Shown: positions 10,463 through 21,170, counted from the stretch's first letter. The stretch is 64,000 nt of DNA from an uncultured Chloroflexia bacterium (GCA_963751345.1 CAVVUS010000022.1:64001-128000), one strand, 5' to 3'. Notes: generated by a model from the letters alone, not told the origin. Numbers and translations are program-made.

Positions 10463-11452
10463 TCACTTACGCAGTTGGCGGAGTTCCTCGAAGAGCTCGC
10501 GCTCCTTGTCACTCAGCCCATCGGGCAAGACCACGTCCGCGATCGCAAACAGATCCCCTCTGGCATTCTGACGCCCAAGTACCGGCATCCCCTTGCCTCG
10601 CAGCCGAAACCTCGTCCCGTTCTGAGTCTCAGGCGGAACACGGAGCATCACCGAGTGTCCATCCGGCAACGGCACCTGTATTTCGCCACCCAATTCGGCA
10701 GTATAAAGATCCACCGGCACCTTAGTCTCAAGGTCGTCTTCATCGCGACCGAACTGGGGGTGTTCCGCGACGTTGATGACCAGAAACAGGTCCCCGGCGG
10801 GCCCGCCGCCGGCACCGCCGGCGCCCTTCCCGGCAACCCGCACCCGCGTGCCTGTCTTGGCGCCGGCCGGAATCGTCACCTCAATACGCTGGTCACCGAT
10901 CTGGAAGAGCCGCTTGGTGCCGTGGTAGGCCTCCTGCAGCGAGATCTCGACGGGCTGCTCGTAATCACGCCCTCGCCGAGTCTGCGGGGCGCCTCGTCCC
11001 CCCATCCCACCGAAGAGGTCACCAAAGCCACCCTCGTACTCTCCGCCGTAGCCCCGGCCCCCCCGCCCACCGAAAAGCTGCTGGAAGAAGTCGGAGAAGC
11101 CACCTTCTCCCCCCATCCCACCCGGTCCGGTGGTATAGGTGTAGCGCACGCCGCCGGGCCCTGTCCCCTGTGGCTGTCCGCCCCACTGCTGCCAGAAATC
11201 ATCCGGCGCGCCGCCTCGCTGCTCCCAAGTCTTCCACTCGCTGCCGAACTGATCGAAGAGCTTGCGCTTCTCAGGATCGGATAGTACCTCGTAAGCCTCG
11301 TTGACCTCTTTGAACTTCTCCTCGGCAGACTTGTCATCCGGGTTCATATCGGGGTGATACTTGCGTGCCAACTTGCGGTACGCCTGCTTGATCTCTTTCT
11401 CGGACGCTTCCCTCGATACTCCCAGCGCGCCATAGTAGTCCTTATAGTCCAT
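10463..11452 (-). CDS. dnaJ: DnaJ-class co-chaperone, type B / CbpA-like (no zinc finger)
   Basis: J-domain DYY...KYHPD...[10 protein letters not shown]-rich linker, C-terminal domain; no CxxCxGxG repeats. Confidence 0.92.
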   Translation of the reverse strand: MDYKDYYGALGVSREASEKEIKQAYRKLARKYHPDMNPDDKSAEEKFKEVNEAYEVLSDPEKRKLFDQFGSEWKTWEQRGGAPDDFWQQWGGQPQGTGPGGVRYTYTTGPGGMGGEGGFSDFFQQLFGGRGGRGYGGEYEGGFGDLFGGMGGRGAPQTRRGRDYEQPVEISLQEAYHGTKRLFQIGDQRIEVTIPAGAKTGTRVRVAGKGAGGAGGGPAGDLFLVINVAEHPQFGRDEDDLETKVPVDLYTAELGGEIQVPLPDGHSVMLRVPPETQNGTRFRLRGKGMPVLGRQNARGDLFAIADVVLPDGLSDKERELFEELRQLRK

Positions 11453-11511
11453 AGTCACCCCCTACCCGTCGTCGAATGTATCAAACCCCACGTGGATCAA
11501 CGCGCCCGCGG

Positions 11512-12144
11512 TCATGCGCCGCGCTTGGCGACGACCACTTTCGCAGGGCGCAGCACGCGCCGACTTCCCGAGTTTGGCTCAACCAACAGATAGCCCGGTG
11601 CCATTACCTCAACGACGTGCATGTCACCGGTCTCGCCTGACTCGGCAGGCACCATGGCAACAGCCTCGTGCTTTGTAGGATCAAAGGGCCGGCCTTGAGC
11701 GAAGACGCGCTCGACACCCTCACGGAGCAGCAGTGCCAGCATACTGTCATATGCCATCTGGACCCCTTGATGCGCGGGATCCTGCGGATCAATGTGGTGC
11801 AATGCCTGCTCCAGGTTGTCGACAACCCCCAAAAACTCCCGCAAGAAACGCTCCTTCTCGCGCAAGGCCTCGTCCTCCGCCCAACGCTTCTGGCGCTTGC
11901 GGAAGTTGTCCATTTCAGCCTTGAGCCGGAGTGCAACGTCCCGCCAATCCACTACCTCGTCGCCGCCCATCGCTTTGCTCGGTTGGGCGGACGTCCGAGA
12001 GGCAGGTGAGGCCGTCGACGTTTCACGCGTCACGTCCGGCACACTCTCCCTTCCTTCCGGTTCCAGTCTACTCTCATCAGTCATCATTCGACTCTCCCCC
12101 TCTCGCCTGATGGGGATCCGAGTGGCTTTATCTGACATCACCAT
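11512..12144 (-). CDS. grpE: Nucleotide exchange factor GrpE
   Basis: RLKAEMDNFRKR, VDNLEQAL, FDPTKHEAV, GY...VLRPAKVVVAK. Confidence 0.93.
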   Translation of the reverse strand: MVMSDKATRIPIRREGESRMMTDESRLEPEGRESVPDVTRETSTASPASRTSAQPSKAMGGDEVVDWRDVALRLKAEMDNFRKRQKRWAEDEALREKERFLREFLGVVDNLEQALHHIDPQDPAHQGVQMAYDSMLALLLREGVERVFAQGRPFDPTKHEAVAMVPAESGETGDMHVVEVMAPGYLLVEPNSGSRRVLRPAKVVVAKRGA

Positions 12145-12177
12145 ATACTCACATCCTATGCTTTCCCTGTCCAGAGA

Positions 12178-12205
12178 ACAGGGGGTGGCCGAAGCCACCC
12201 CCTGT
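12178..12205 (-). terminator. Stable hairpin between dnaK and grpE
   Basis: acagggggtggc-cgaa-gccaccccctgt is a perfect 12-bp stem; the loop reads cUUCGg on the sense strand. Confidence 0.6.
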
Positions 12206-12269
12206 CAGTGCGGTCTACCGCAACTTCTAACGTCGGCGCAGCTTCATCGGCTGCACACGGGTCTGTCCC

Positions 12270-14208
12270 CTAGTTGACCTCGCGGTACTCACCTTCGACA
12301 ACGTCAGGGCCTTCCCCGCCGCTGCCGCTTTCCGGTGCGTGACCGTAGCCGGGGCCCACATTCGGGCCGGGCATCGGGCCGGTCTGAGCGCCGCCCTGGT
12401 CATAGGCCTGTTGGCCCATCTTCATCGACACGTCGCGGAGTTCATCCATCTTGCGGCGAATCGCTGCCGCATCCTCACTCGTATCCTTGAGCGTCCGCAG
12501 ATCGTTCATCAGACCTTCGAGCTGCGCACGGATATCGCCCGGGACTTTCTCACCGAGGTCCTCCATACTGCGCTCGATCTGGAAGATCATGCCGTCCGCC
12601 TCGTTCCGCGTATCCACCAACTCCTGGCGCTTGCGGTCCTCCTCCTGGTGCAACTCGGCCTCTTCAACCAGCCGATCCACCTCGGAGCCGCTCAGGTTCG
12701 TGCTTGCCGTAATCGTAATATGCTGCTCACGGCCCGTGGCCTTGTCCTTCGCCTGCACATTCAGGATACCATTGGCATCGATATCAAAGGTGACCTCGAC
12801 CTGCGGGACCCCACGTGGTGCCGGCGGGATACCGTCGAGCCGGAACTGGCCCAGCAGCATGTTGTTCGCCGCCATTGGGCGCTCTCCCTGGTAGACCTTG
12901 ATGTCAACCGCGGTCTGATTGCTCTCAGCCGTGGTGAAGGTCTCGCTCTTCTTGACGGGCACCGTCGTGTTGCGCGGGATTAGGTTGGTCATTCGACCGC
13001 CCAGCGTCTCCACACCCAGCGACAGAGGCGACACATCCAGCAACAGAATATCGGTCACGTCGCCGGCCAAGAACGCCAGCCTGAATCGCCGCGCCTACAG
13101 AAACTACCTCGTCAGGGTTGACACCCTTGTGAGGCTCTTTGCCGTTCGTCAGCGAGCGCACCAGCTCCTGGATCATCGGCATACGCGTGGCGCCACCTAC
13201 CAGGACGACCTCATTGAGATCTCCGGCAGCGATCTTCGCATCCGACAAAGCCCGCTCGAAGGGATGCCGGCACCGGTCGACCAGGTCAGCCGTCAGCTGC
13301 TCGAACTTCGAGCGCGTCAGCCGAATCTGAAGGTGCTTCGGACCGGTCGCATCCGCAGTAATGTACGGCAGATTGACCTCGGTCTCCATCATCGTGGAGA
13401 GCTCGATCTTCGCTTTCTCCGCGGCCTCACGCAGCCGCTGCATGGCCTGGCGATCCTTGGACAGATCCACGCCCTGCTGCTTTCGGAACTCCTCGAGCAT
13501 CCAGCGCACAACTCGCTCGTCCCAGTCATCGCCACCCAAGTGTGTATCGCCGTTGGTGGACTTCACCTCGATCAGCCCTTCGCTGACCTCGAGGATCGAT
13601 ACATCGAAGGTGCCCCCACCAAGATCGAAGACGAGGATGGTCTCATCCTTGGCCTTGTCCAGACCATAGGCCAGCGCAGAAGCCGTGGGCTCATTGATGA
13701 TTCGCATCACCTCGAGGCCTGCGATCTGCCCTGCATCCTTGGTCGCCTGGCGCTGGCTATCGTTGAAGTACGCAGGCACCGTGATGACGGCCTGTGTCAC
13801 CGGCTCACCAAGATAGGCCTCGGCATCCTTCTTTAGCTTCTGGAGGATCATCGCCGAGATCTCCTGCGGTGTGTAGACTTTATCCTGCACCGGCACACGC
13901 ACGCGCGCATCATTCTGAGGCCCCGCCACGATATCATACGAGACCATCTCACGGGTTACTTCGACCTCGGGCTCATCCGCGCGACGTCCCATCAGTCGCT
14001 TCACCGAGTAGATCGTGTTCTCGGCGTTGACCACAGCCTGACGTTTCGCAGGATCCCCGACCAAGCGATCACCATTCTTGGTGAACGCCACTACCGAAGG
14101 GAGTAAACGACGCCCCTCCGCCGTCGGAATAACGGTGACCTGCCCACCTTCCATCACTGAGACAACGGAATTCGTCGTCCCCAAGTCAATGCCTACAATT
14201 CTGGCCAT
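12270..14208 (-). CDS. dnaK: Chaperone DnaK (Hsp70), one +1 frameshift near 13070
   Basis: [38 protein letters not shown]; continues in ORF 12270..13070 with [11 protein letters not shown] and [14 protein letters not shown]. Confidence 0.96.
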
Positions 14209-14240
14209 GTTTTACCTCCGTCCTTAATCATTCCTGTCCC

Positions 14241-14284
14241 AGTATAAAGGGTAAGTATTGGAATGACATAAGAGGACGATAAGA
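14241..14284 (-). promoter_or_regulatory. dnaK promoter: -10 TATACT with a TCTTAT-N5-TCTTAT direct repeat near the -35 region
   Basis: Plus strand agtata at 14241-14246; ataaga at 14268-14273 and 14279-14284 (11-bp period). Confidence 0.5.
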
Positions 14285-14403
14285 ATCGCGTATAAGCGTG
14301 ACGAGTGAGTTTGACGGGTAGCGATAGATCAGGAGGAGACGAACCACGAGCAGCCTAACGATGGCAGGTAGTGGCGGTCACTCGTTGCTTTCAGGAGGTC
14401 CGA

Positions 14404-15867
14404 TCACCCGTCAATCGTCACCCGTGAGTCTACAATGAAGACCCGCGCGTCCAATGGCGGAACATCGAGGCGCAAGTAGCCTTCTTGCGCGGACATAGAG
14501 GTGCCTGTCCACGCTTCATGGACGACGCTCCCCTCGGGCATCAGGGGCGCCACGTGCAACTCAACACGCTCGGCGGCATCCCCCAAGTTGAGGGCCACGA
14601 TGACGGTCTCGACAGCATCGTGACGGGCAAAGGCATACAGCGTCTGGGTCGCTGCGAGTAGCGTATAGCGCCCCCCACGCAGCGCGGAGTGGGCCTGGCG
14701 CAGCGCGATGAAGCGTCTGAACTCCGCGTGGAGCTCGCGGTCCCAATGACGCTCGTCCCACGAGAAAGCACGCCGGCAATCCGGATCGCTTCCGCCCTCC
14801 ATCCCGATCTCGTCGCCGTAGTAGATCGAGGGGGCTCCGGGAAACGCCATCTGGAAGAGGGTCGCCAGCCGTAGCCGCCGCTTGTCGCCGCGCACCATCG
14901 TCAGGAAGCGGGGCTCATCGTGGCTGCTGATCAAATTGTACTGCGCCTGCGTGACCGCAGGAGCATACAGCCCAAGCAAGCGCTCGATCTCACCTGCAAA
15001 GGCGAGACCACCTAGGGGCGCGACCTGAAAGCCACCGGGCCGCTGCGAGGTATCCAGCCAAGCGCCTCCGAAGAAACCATAGCACGCTCGGTTGAAGCCG
15101 TAGTTCATCACAGCATCGAAGTGCTCTCCCTGCAGCCAGGGCTTGGCATCGTGCCAGATTTCCGCCACCAGGTAGGCATCTGGGTTGACCGATTTCACGC
15201 GCTCGCGAAACTCCTCCCAGAACCCCGGCGTCTGAATCTCCAGCGGTACGTCGAGTCGCCAGCCATCGATCCCCCGCCTGAGCCACGTCTCCGCCACGTC
15301 CATGATGAAAGCGCGAACCTGTGGGTTCTCAGTGTTGAGCTTTGGCAGCTCGCGGTTATTCCACCACGCGGCATAGTTGGGCGTACGATGGCTATCGAAG
15401 GCCCACAGTGGAAAGCCATAAACTGAGAACCAGTCGAGATAGGGCGATTGGTCCCCGTTCTCCATGATGTGGTTGAACTGATATAGTCCCCGCCCCGCGT
15501 GGTTGAAGACGCCGTCGAGGACGATGCGGATCCCGGCTTGATGCGCACCCGCCAGAAGCGCATCAAAGGCCTCGTTACCCCCAAGGAGAGGGTCAACCTG
15601 GTAGTAATCGTAGGTGTGATAGCGGTGGTTCGCCGCCGACTGGAAGATGGGGTTGAGGTAGATCGCATTGATCCCGAGGTCCACCAGATAGTCGAGGTGC
15701 TCCAACACACCAAGCAGATCCCCTCCCTTGAAGCCGCGTTGCGTTGGGGGAACGTCCCAGGGCTCCAGGTTGCCCGGCTTGGGCACGTGCCGGCTGGAGG
15801 CAAACCGGTCAGGGAAGATCTGGTAGAAAACAGCGTCCTTGACCCAATCAGGTGGGTGAGGGGTCAC
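14404..15867 (-). CDS. Neopullulanase / cyclomaltodextrinase (GH13)
   Basis: WVKDAVFYQIFPDRF, GGDLLG, DGVFNH, DGWRLDV, AEIW, SSHD, YYGDEIG; GTGA overlap with the upstream gene. Confidence 0.92.
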   Translation of the reverse strand: MTPHPPDWVKDAVFYQIFPDRFASSRHVPKPGNLEPWDVPPTQRGFKGGDLLGVLEHLDYLVDLGINAIYLNPIFQSAANHRYHTYDYYQVDPLLGGNEAFDALLAGAHQAGIRIVLDGVFNHAGRGLYQFNHIMENGDQSPYLDWFSVYGFPLWAFDSHRTPNYAAWWNNRELPKLNTENPQVRAFIMDVAETWLRRGIDGWRLDVPLEIQTPGFWEEFRERVKSVNPDAYLVAEIWHDAKPWLQGEHFDAVMNYGFNRACYGFFGGAWLDTSQRPGGFQVAPLGGLAFAGEIERLLGLYAPAVTQAQYNLISSHDEPRFLTMVRGDKRRLRLATLFQMAFPGAPSIYYGDEIGMEGGSDPDCRRAFSWDERHWDRELHAEFRRFIALRQAHSALRGGRYTLLAATQTLYAFARHDAVETVIVALNLGDAAERVELHVAPLMPEGSVVHEAWTGTSMSAQEGYLRLDVPPLDARVFIVDSRVTIDG

Positions 15868-16547
15868 TGCGTCACAGTCCTCCGCTGCTGCCGGCACCCG
15901 CGTCCCCGCCATATCCCGACTCCCAGGAGCAGCAGCGAGCACAGGCTCACGGCACCGGCAACGATCAGCCCCGCATCTTGCCAGAAGGGTAAGGGAAACA
16001 GGCGGATCAAGGTGTCGGAATACGAGAAGGTCCAGGTGCCGGGCTGGAAGAAGAGCCCGTGGAAGAACGTGAAGAATTGGTCGAAGCCGGTGAGCATCCA
16101 GACGCCCAGGGTCAGCAGCACAGCCAGCGTGAGGCCGCCGCCTTCTGCAATCGCATCCCAAATACCGCAACGGTCGCCGAGGCGCGCCAGGACAGCCGCA
16201 GCTATCACAGCCACCAGCAGCATTGCACCCGCCAGCAGTGTCAGCCGGCTGAACACCCGCTTGACGTCGACCATATGCGAGAACTCGCGTTCGTTGTAAG
16301 CCGGTTCGCCGTTAGGAAGCCGCAGGTCCGTCAGAAGCTCCGCATGACCCGGGACGTTGAGGAAGCGAATGGACGCCTGTGCGAGGCTCAGGCGCTCCTG
16401 CTGCGTCAGGCCGAACGAATCCTGCGGGAAGCCAGGGCGCGCGTACTCAAACGCCGGATACCAGGGCAGCGTCAAAGCACGCACCACGACCATCGTCAGG
16501 ACAATGGGAACAGCCAACACGATCAGTAGACGTAGAATCGCTCGCAT
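15864..16547 (-). CDS. TIGR01906/DUF1461 membrane protein, Lit-like lipoprotein intramolecular transacylase
   Basis: Four hydrophobic segments; conserved EFSHMVDVK and FFTFFHGLFF...W...DTLIRLFP..FW. Confidence 0.8.
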   Translation of the reverse strand: MRAILRLLIVLAVPIVLTMVVVRALTLPWYPAFEYARPGFPQDSFGLTQQERLSLAQASIRFLNVPGHAELLTDLRLPNGEPAYNEREFSHMVDVKRVFSRLTLLAGAMLLVAVIAAAVLARLGDRCGIWDAIAEGGGLTLAVLLTLGVWMLTGFDQFFTFFHGLFFQPGTWTFSYSDTLIRLFPLPFWQDAGLIVAGAVSLCSLLLLGVGIWRGRGCRQQRRTVTQ

Positions 16548-16689
16548 AGCCACCTCTCAGGCGTGGACTTGAGTTATACACCGGAATAGGTAGAATGAAA
16601 GTGCTATGTCATGGGTTGTTACAAGCCGGCACGATTTGACACGCACTCTCAACATTCACTTGCAGCAGCCGTGCTATAATGGAGACATT

Positions 16690-17364
16690 ATGGAAGAATC
16701 GCCGATCATGTTGAAGGGAACCGCAGATGGTATTCTCCTTCGGCCCAAATCCTTCGACTGGGCGACCGTGTTGGTGGCGCTCGAACAGGCACTCCAGGAA
16801 GCCGAAGCCTTCTTTCGAGGCGGGCGCCTGATCCTGGAACTGGGCACACGCGAGTTGACCCAACCACAACTCATATCCATGCGCACGTTGCTCACGCAGT
16901 ACGACATTGAGCTCTGGGCGGTTCTCAGTGAGAACGAGAAGACCGTCCATCTCGCGCGCTCCAACGGCGTGCTGACCCGCTTGCCCAAGGATAATGAACC
17001 CAGAAAGCCCACCGTCGAGATCCCTGCTGGACAGCAGGCGCTTTTCGTCCATCAAACCCTGAGATCAGGCCAAAGCATCCATCACCCGGGTCACGTTACC
17101 CTGTTGGGCGATGTGAACTCGGGCGCGGAGATTGTAGCAGGAGGTAACATCATCGTCTGGGGCGCCATTCGAGGCGTGGCCCACGCCGGAGCCTTTGGCG
17201 ATGACACGTCCGTCATCTGTGCGCTGGATCTACAGCCTGCACAGATACGGATCGCCGGGTATATCGGGCGGCCGCCGGAACAACAGCGGCAGGCGCCCGA
17301 GCCGGAGATCGCCTGCGTGGAAGGGGGGCATATTATCGCCGAAGCTTGGAGCAGAAAAGGATAG
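16690..17364 (+). CDS. minC: Septum site-determining protein MinC
   Basis: LKGTADG, TLRSGQ, GDVNSGAEIVAGGNIIVWG.IRGVAHAG; extended -10 TGCTATAAT at 16672-16680. Confidence 0.94.
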   Translation: MEESPIMLKGTADGILLRPKSFDWATVLVALEQALQEAEAFFRGGRLILELGTRELTQPQLISMRTLLTQYDIELWAVLSENEKTVHLARSNGVLTRLPKDNEPRKPTVEIPAGQQALFVHQTLRSGQSIHHPGHVTLLGDVNSGAEIVAGGNIIVWGAIRGVAHAGAFGDDTSVICALDLQPAQIRIAGYIGRPPEQQRQAPEPEIACVEGGHIIAEAWSRKG

Positions 17365-17366
17365 GT

Positions 17367-18152
17367 ATGGCCGGAAAGATCATCACGGTTTCCTCGGGAA
17401 AGGGCGGCGTGGGCAAGACCACGACAACCGCCAATCTGGGTATCAGCCTGGCTATGCTGGGACATCGGGTCACGTGCATCGATGCGGACATCGGTCTGCG
17501 TAACCTGGACGTTATGCTGGGACTGGAAAACCGCATCGTCTACGACATCATCAACTACATCGAGGGACGCTGCAGGCTGAGGCAGGCGCTCGTACGTGAC
17601 AAACGCTTTCCGGAACTCTTCCTCTTGCCCGCGGCGCAGACGCGAGACAAGGACGCGATTAGCGTCGATGACATGGCGAGGGTCGCCCGTGAGGCTGCCG
17701 AGTTGTCAGACTTCGTATTGATTGACTCCCCTGCCGGTATCGAGCATGGTTTCCGTTGCGCCGTTTCGGCAGCGGATCTCGTGCTGATCGTGACCAACCC
17801 CGAGGTCACCGCCGTCCGCGACGCCGATCGCGTGGTCGGATTGCTCGAAGCTGAGGGATGGGCATCCGCGAAGCTGGTGATCAACCGGTTCAAGGCGGAT
17901 CTGGTGCGCAGTAACCAGATGCTCGACTCGGACACCGTGGTGGATCTGCTCGCCATTGACCTGATCGGCATCGTGCCCGAAGACACCAAGATCCTGTCAG
18001 CCAGCAACCAGGGGCAGCCCGTGGCTCTGGATGACCGGGCCCCTGCCGGGCGAGCGTTTCGCAATATCGCGCGACGGCTGTCAGGCGAGGAAGTGCCCTT
18101 TGACGTTCTCCAGAAGCAAACGTTCTTCCAGAGGCTCTTCAGCTCTCGCTGA
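17367..18152 (+). CDS. minD: Septum site-determining ATPase MinD
   Basis: SGKGGVGKTTT, DIGLRNLD, IDSPAGIEHGF, VRDADRV, C-terminal amphipathic FFQRLF. Confidence 0.96.
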   Translation: MAGKIITVSSGKGGVGKTTTTANLGISLAMLGHRVTCIDADIGLRNLDVMLGLENRIVYDIINYIEGRCRLRQALVRDKRFPELFLLPAAQTRDKDAISVDDMARVAREAAELSDFVLIDSPAGIEHGFRCAVSAADLVLIVTNPEVTAVRDADRVVGLLEAEGWASAKLVINRFKADLVRSNQMLDSDTVVDLLAIDLIGIVPEDTKILSASNQGQPVALDDRAPAGRAFRNIARRLSGEEVPFDVLQKQTFFQRLFSSR

Positions 18153-18163
18153 AAGGAGCGCGT

Positions 18164-18463
18164 ATGAAACTACGTGATTTGTTCCGTCGCAGTTCCGCAT
18201 CGAGCCAGGACATCGCTGCGCAGCGATTGCGCCTGGTCCTGACTCACGATCGTGCTAATATCTCGCCCGGCATGCTAGAGGTGTTGAAGGACGAGATCAT
18301 CGCCGTGATCTCAAAGCACTTGGACATCGACACCGACAAAGTCGTCGTGAATTTCACCGAGGACAACCGGGAAACCCGGCTGATGGCAGATATTCCGGTC
18401 CACTCCGGGCGCGCACGCCGCACGGACGAGCGACCGGCTGAGCCGGCGAGACAAACGAGATAA
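18164..18463 (+). CDS. minE: Cell division topological specificity factor MinE
   Basis: IAAQRLRLVLTHDR...LKDEIIAVISKH...ADIPV. Confidence 0.93.
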   Translation: MKLRDLFRRSSASSQDIAAQRLRLVLTHDRANISPGMLEVLKDEIIAVISKHLDIDTDKVVVNFTEDNRETRLMADIPVHSGRARRTDERPAEPARQTR

Positions 18464-18523
18464 GGAGGGAGGAAGCAGTTACAACCGCGGCAGTGCACTT
18501 TTGGCCGCGGCTCTTCCAGACAT

Positions 18524-19618
18524 ATGCGCAGATCACCTTGGCAGTACTTTGACTGGGGTCTCCTGCTGATTGCCATTGCGCTGACCTTGATAGGCTTGGC
18601 GATGATCTTCAGCGCGACCCAGGGTTCGGATGACCTCGCCGACATATGGCGCCAGCAGGCAATCTATGCCGCGATTGGCGTCGGCCTGATGTTTTTCGTT
18701 GCCTCCGTCGACTACCGCCTTCTCGAGAGCCTCGAATGGCCTCTCTACTTTGTGGTTCTGGCTATCCTCGTCTTCACCCTCTTGTTTGGTTCCAGCGAAA
18801 TCGGCGAGGTGCGCCGCTTCATCTACATAGGCGGTAGATCGATTCAGCCCGCGTTCCCTGCCCTGATCCTGCTGATCGTCAGCCTGGCCAGCTTGCTGGC
18901 GCGCAATGCCCCCTCCCCTCCCGGTCTCGGCGAGTTCGCAGGGTCCATCGCGCTGACGGGAGCAGCGGCCTTCCTCGTCTTCAGCCAGCCCAACCTGAGC
19001 ACCGCGACCCTCTACATTGCGACCTGGGCGGTGATGATCTACACATCCGGACTCCGATTCATCTACCTCGCGGGCGCAGGTGCCCTGGGGTTGGCGGCGG
19101 TGCCCATCGTGTGGGCCAATATGGACACCTACATGCGCAGCCGCGTTGAGAACTTCCTCGACCCCACTCTCGACCCAGGCGCCTACTATAACGTTCAACA
19201 AGCGCTCATCAGCATTGGCTCGGGAGGACTATGGGGCAAGGGATTTGCCACCGGGACACAGAGCCAACTCCACTTCCTGCGTGTGCGCCACACCGACTTC
19301 ATCTTCTCGGTTATCTGTGAGGAGCTGGGGTTTGTGGGTGCGATTCTGATCTTGCTGGTCTTCGGCCTCCTTCTATGGCGTCTCTTGCGCATCGCCGGCA
19401 ACGCCGACGACATCACAGGCCGGCTGATCGTGGCCGGCGTCACGACCTATATCTTCTACCAACTGCTCATCAATCTTGGCATGAACCTCAACGTTATCCC
19501 CGTGGCGGGCCTGCCCATGCCGTTCATCAGCAGCGGCGGCAGTGCGTTGGTCGTGACGTTCCTCGGCCTCGGCCTTGTGCAAAGCGTGGTCATGCATCAG
19601 AGGAGATTGGAGTTCTAG
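18524..19618 (+). CDS. rodA: SEDS peptidoglycan polymerase RodA (FtsW/RodA family)
   Basis: About 10 TM helices; QALISIGSGGLWGKG, HTDFIFS..EELG, MPFISSGGS. Confidence 0.9.
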   Translation: MRRSPWQYFDWGLLLIAIALTLIGLAMIFSATQGSDDLADIWRQQAIYAAIGVGLMFFVASVDYRLLESLEWPLYFVVLAILVFTLLFGSSEIGEVRRFIYIGGRSIQPAFPALILLIVSLASLLARNAPSPPGLGEFAGSIALTGAAAFLVFSQPNLSTATLYIATWAVMIYTSGLRFIYLAGAGALGLAAVPIVWANMDTYMRSRVENFLDPTLDPGAYYNVQQALISIGSGGLWGKGFATGTQSQLHFLRVRHTDFIFSVICEELGFVGAILILLVFGLLLWRLLRIAGNADDITGRLIVAGVTTYIFYQLLINLGMNLNVIPVAGLPMPFISSGGSALVVTFLGLGLVQSVVMHQRRLEF

Positions 19619-19670
19619 CGAAATCACCTATAATGAGGGACCATCTCTACCAGGAGGAGGAGTAGCATCT

Positions 19671-21152
19671 ATGACCGTACGGGTTCGCTTCGCCCCCAGT
19701 CCCACTGGCTATCCTCACATCGGCAACATCCGGACCGTCGTCTTCAACTGGCTCTATGCCCGGCAGAAGAGCGGCAAGTTCATCCTGCGCATCGAGGACA
19801 CGGACCAAGGGCGGTTTGTCGAGGACGCGCTGCAGGTCATCGAGGACAGCCTGGAATGGCTCGGCATCGATTGGGATGAAGGCCCCGGTGTGGGAGGCGA
19901 TTACGGACCCTACGTCCAGTCGAAGCGGCTTTCGATCTATCGAGAGAAAGCCGAGGAGTTGGTCGCGACAGGAAAAGCCTATCGCTGCAACTGCTCGCAG
20001 GAGCGTCTCGACGCCGTCCGCGAGGAGATGCGGGCCAGGGGCGAGACCCCGATGTACGATGGCTTGTGTCGCGCCAAGCCCCCCGGTGCCGTCTCGCCGG
20101 ACGAGCCTCACGTGATCCGTCTCAAGGTGCCCCACGAGGGGACGACGACCTTCCACGATGCCCTCCGCGGTGACATCACCTTCGAGAACGCCCTGATCGA
20201 CGACCAGATACTGCTCAAGACCGACGGCTTTCCCACCTACCATCTCGCCGTCGTCGTGGATGATCACCTGATGAAGATCAGCCACGTGATGCGCGGTGAT
20301 GACTGGATTCCCAGTATGCCTAAGCGTATGCTCATCTACGAAGCTTTCGGATGGGACCTGCCGATCTTCATCCACGTGCCGCTGGTCCTGGGGCCGGACG
20401 GGAAGAAGCTCGGCAAGCGCCACGGGGCGACCTCGGTCGATGAGTTCCGCCGCCAGGGATACCTGCCTGAAGCACTCGTGAATTTCCTGGCCCTCCTGGG
20501 TTGGGCGCCTGGCGAAGGGGACGAGCAGGAGATCTTCACTCGCGAGGAGCTGATCGCGCGCTTCGACATCGACCGCCTCAACCTGTCACCGGCGATCTTC
20601 TCCTACGACAAGCTGGACTGGATGAACGGCCAGTATATCCGGCAGTTGAGCGAGGAAGAGCTGCTGGACCGGCTCATACCGTTCTGGGCAGACGCCGGCC
20701 TGATCTCCGACCCGGTATTGGTCGAAACGCTTCCCACGTTGCGGCTCCTGGTACCGCTGGTCCGGGAGCGGCTGAAGACGCTGCGCGACGTCGTCGACCT
20801 CACCGATTTCGTCTTCCTGGACATCGCCACACCGAACGTCGAGAGCCTCATCGGAAAGCGGATGACGGCAGAGGAGAGCATGGCCGCCCTGCGCGCCGTA
20901 CAGCACTTGCTGGGGAGCCTGGTCCAGTTCACGGCAGACGCTATGGAAGCCCCCATGCGCTCGCTGGCGACAGAACTGGGACTAAAGGCAGGCCAGCTCT
21001 TCAGCATCGTACGCAACGCCGTCACGGGCAAAGAGGTTTCCCCCCCGCTCTTCGGCAGCATTCAAGCCGTGGGCCGCGAGCGCACCTTGCGGCGGCTTGA
21101 GGCCGCTGAACAGGTGTTGTTCGCACATATCGAGGCAACGGAAACGGCCTAA
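19671..21152 (+). CDS. gltX: Glutamate--tRNA ligase
   Basis: RVRFAPSPTG.PHIGN, LRIEDTD, PTYHLAVVVDDH, KLGKR, AVTG..SPPLF; AGGAGG RBS. Confidence 0.96.
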   Translation: MTVRVRFAPSPTGYPHIGNIRTVVFNWLYARQKSGKFILRIEDTDQGRFVEDALQVIEDSLEWLGIDWDEGPGVGGDYGPYVQSKRLSIYREKAEELVATGKAYRCNCSQERLDAVREEMRARGETPMYDGLCRAKPPGAVSPDEPHVIRLKVPHEGTTTFHDALRGDITFENALIDDQILLKTDGFPTYHLAVVVDDHLMKISHVMRGDDWIPSMPKRMLIYEAFGWDLPIFIHVPLVLGPDGKKLGKRHGATSVDEFRRQGYLPEALVNFLALLGWAPGEGDEQEIFTREELIARFDIDRLNLSPAIFSYDKLDWMNGQYIRQLSEEELLDRLIPFWADAGLISDPVLVETLPTLRLLVPLVRERLKTLRDVVDLTDFVFLDIATPNVESLIGKRMTAEESMAALRAVQHLLGSLVQFTADAMEAPMRSLATELGLKAGQLFSIVRNAVTGKEVSPPLFGSIQAVGRERTLRRLEAAEQVLFAHIEATETA

Positions 21153-21170
21153 CCCTTCGTAGCAAGGTTT

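Noticed and set aside
12925-13100. Programmed ribosomal frameshifting in dnaK (and obgE)
   Set aside because: No slippery heptamer; it matches the window-wide +1 insertion error pattern.
12919-13836. Long antisense ORFs opposite dnaK and many other genes
   Set aside because: Typical shadow ORFs of high-GC coding strands, with no motifs or RBS.
16606-16689. Longer ORF-track starts for minC (also usp, gltX, rsmA, neopullulanase, AIR synthase)
   Set aside because: The extensions overlap promoters or neighbouring genes; downstream starts fit the RBS, overlap pattern and family N-termini better.
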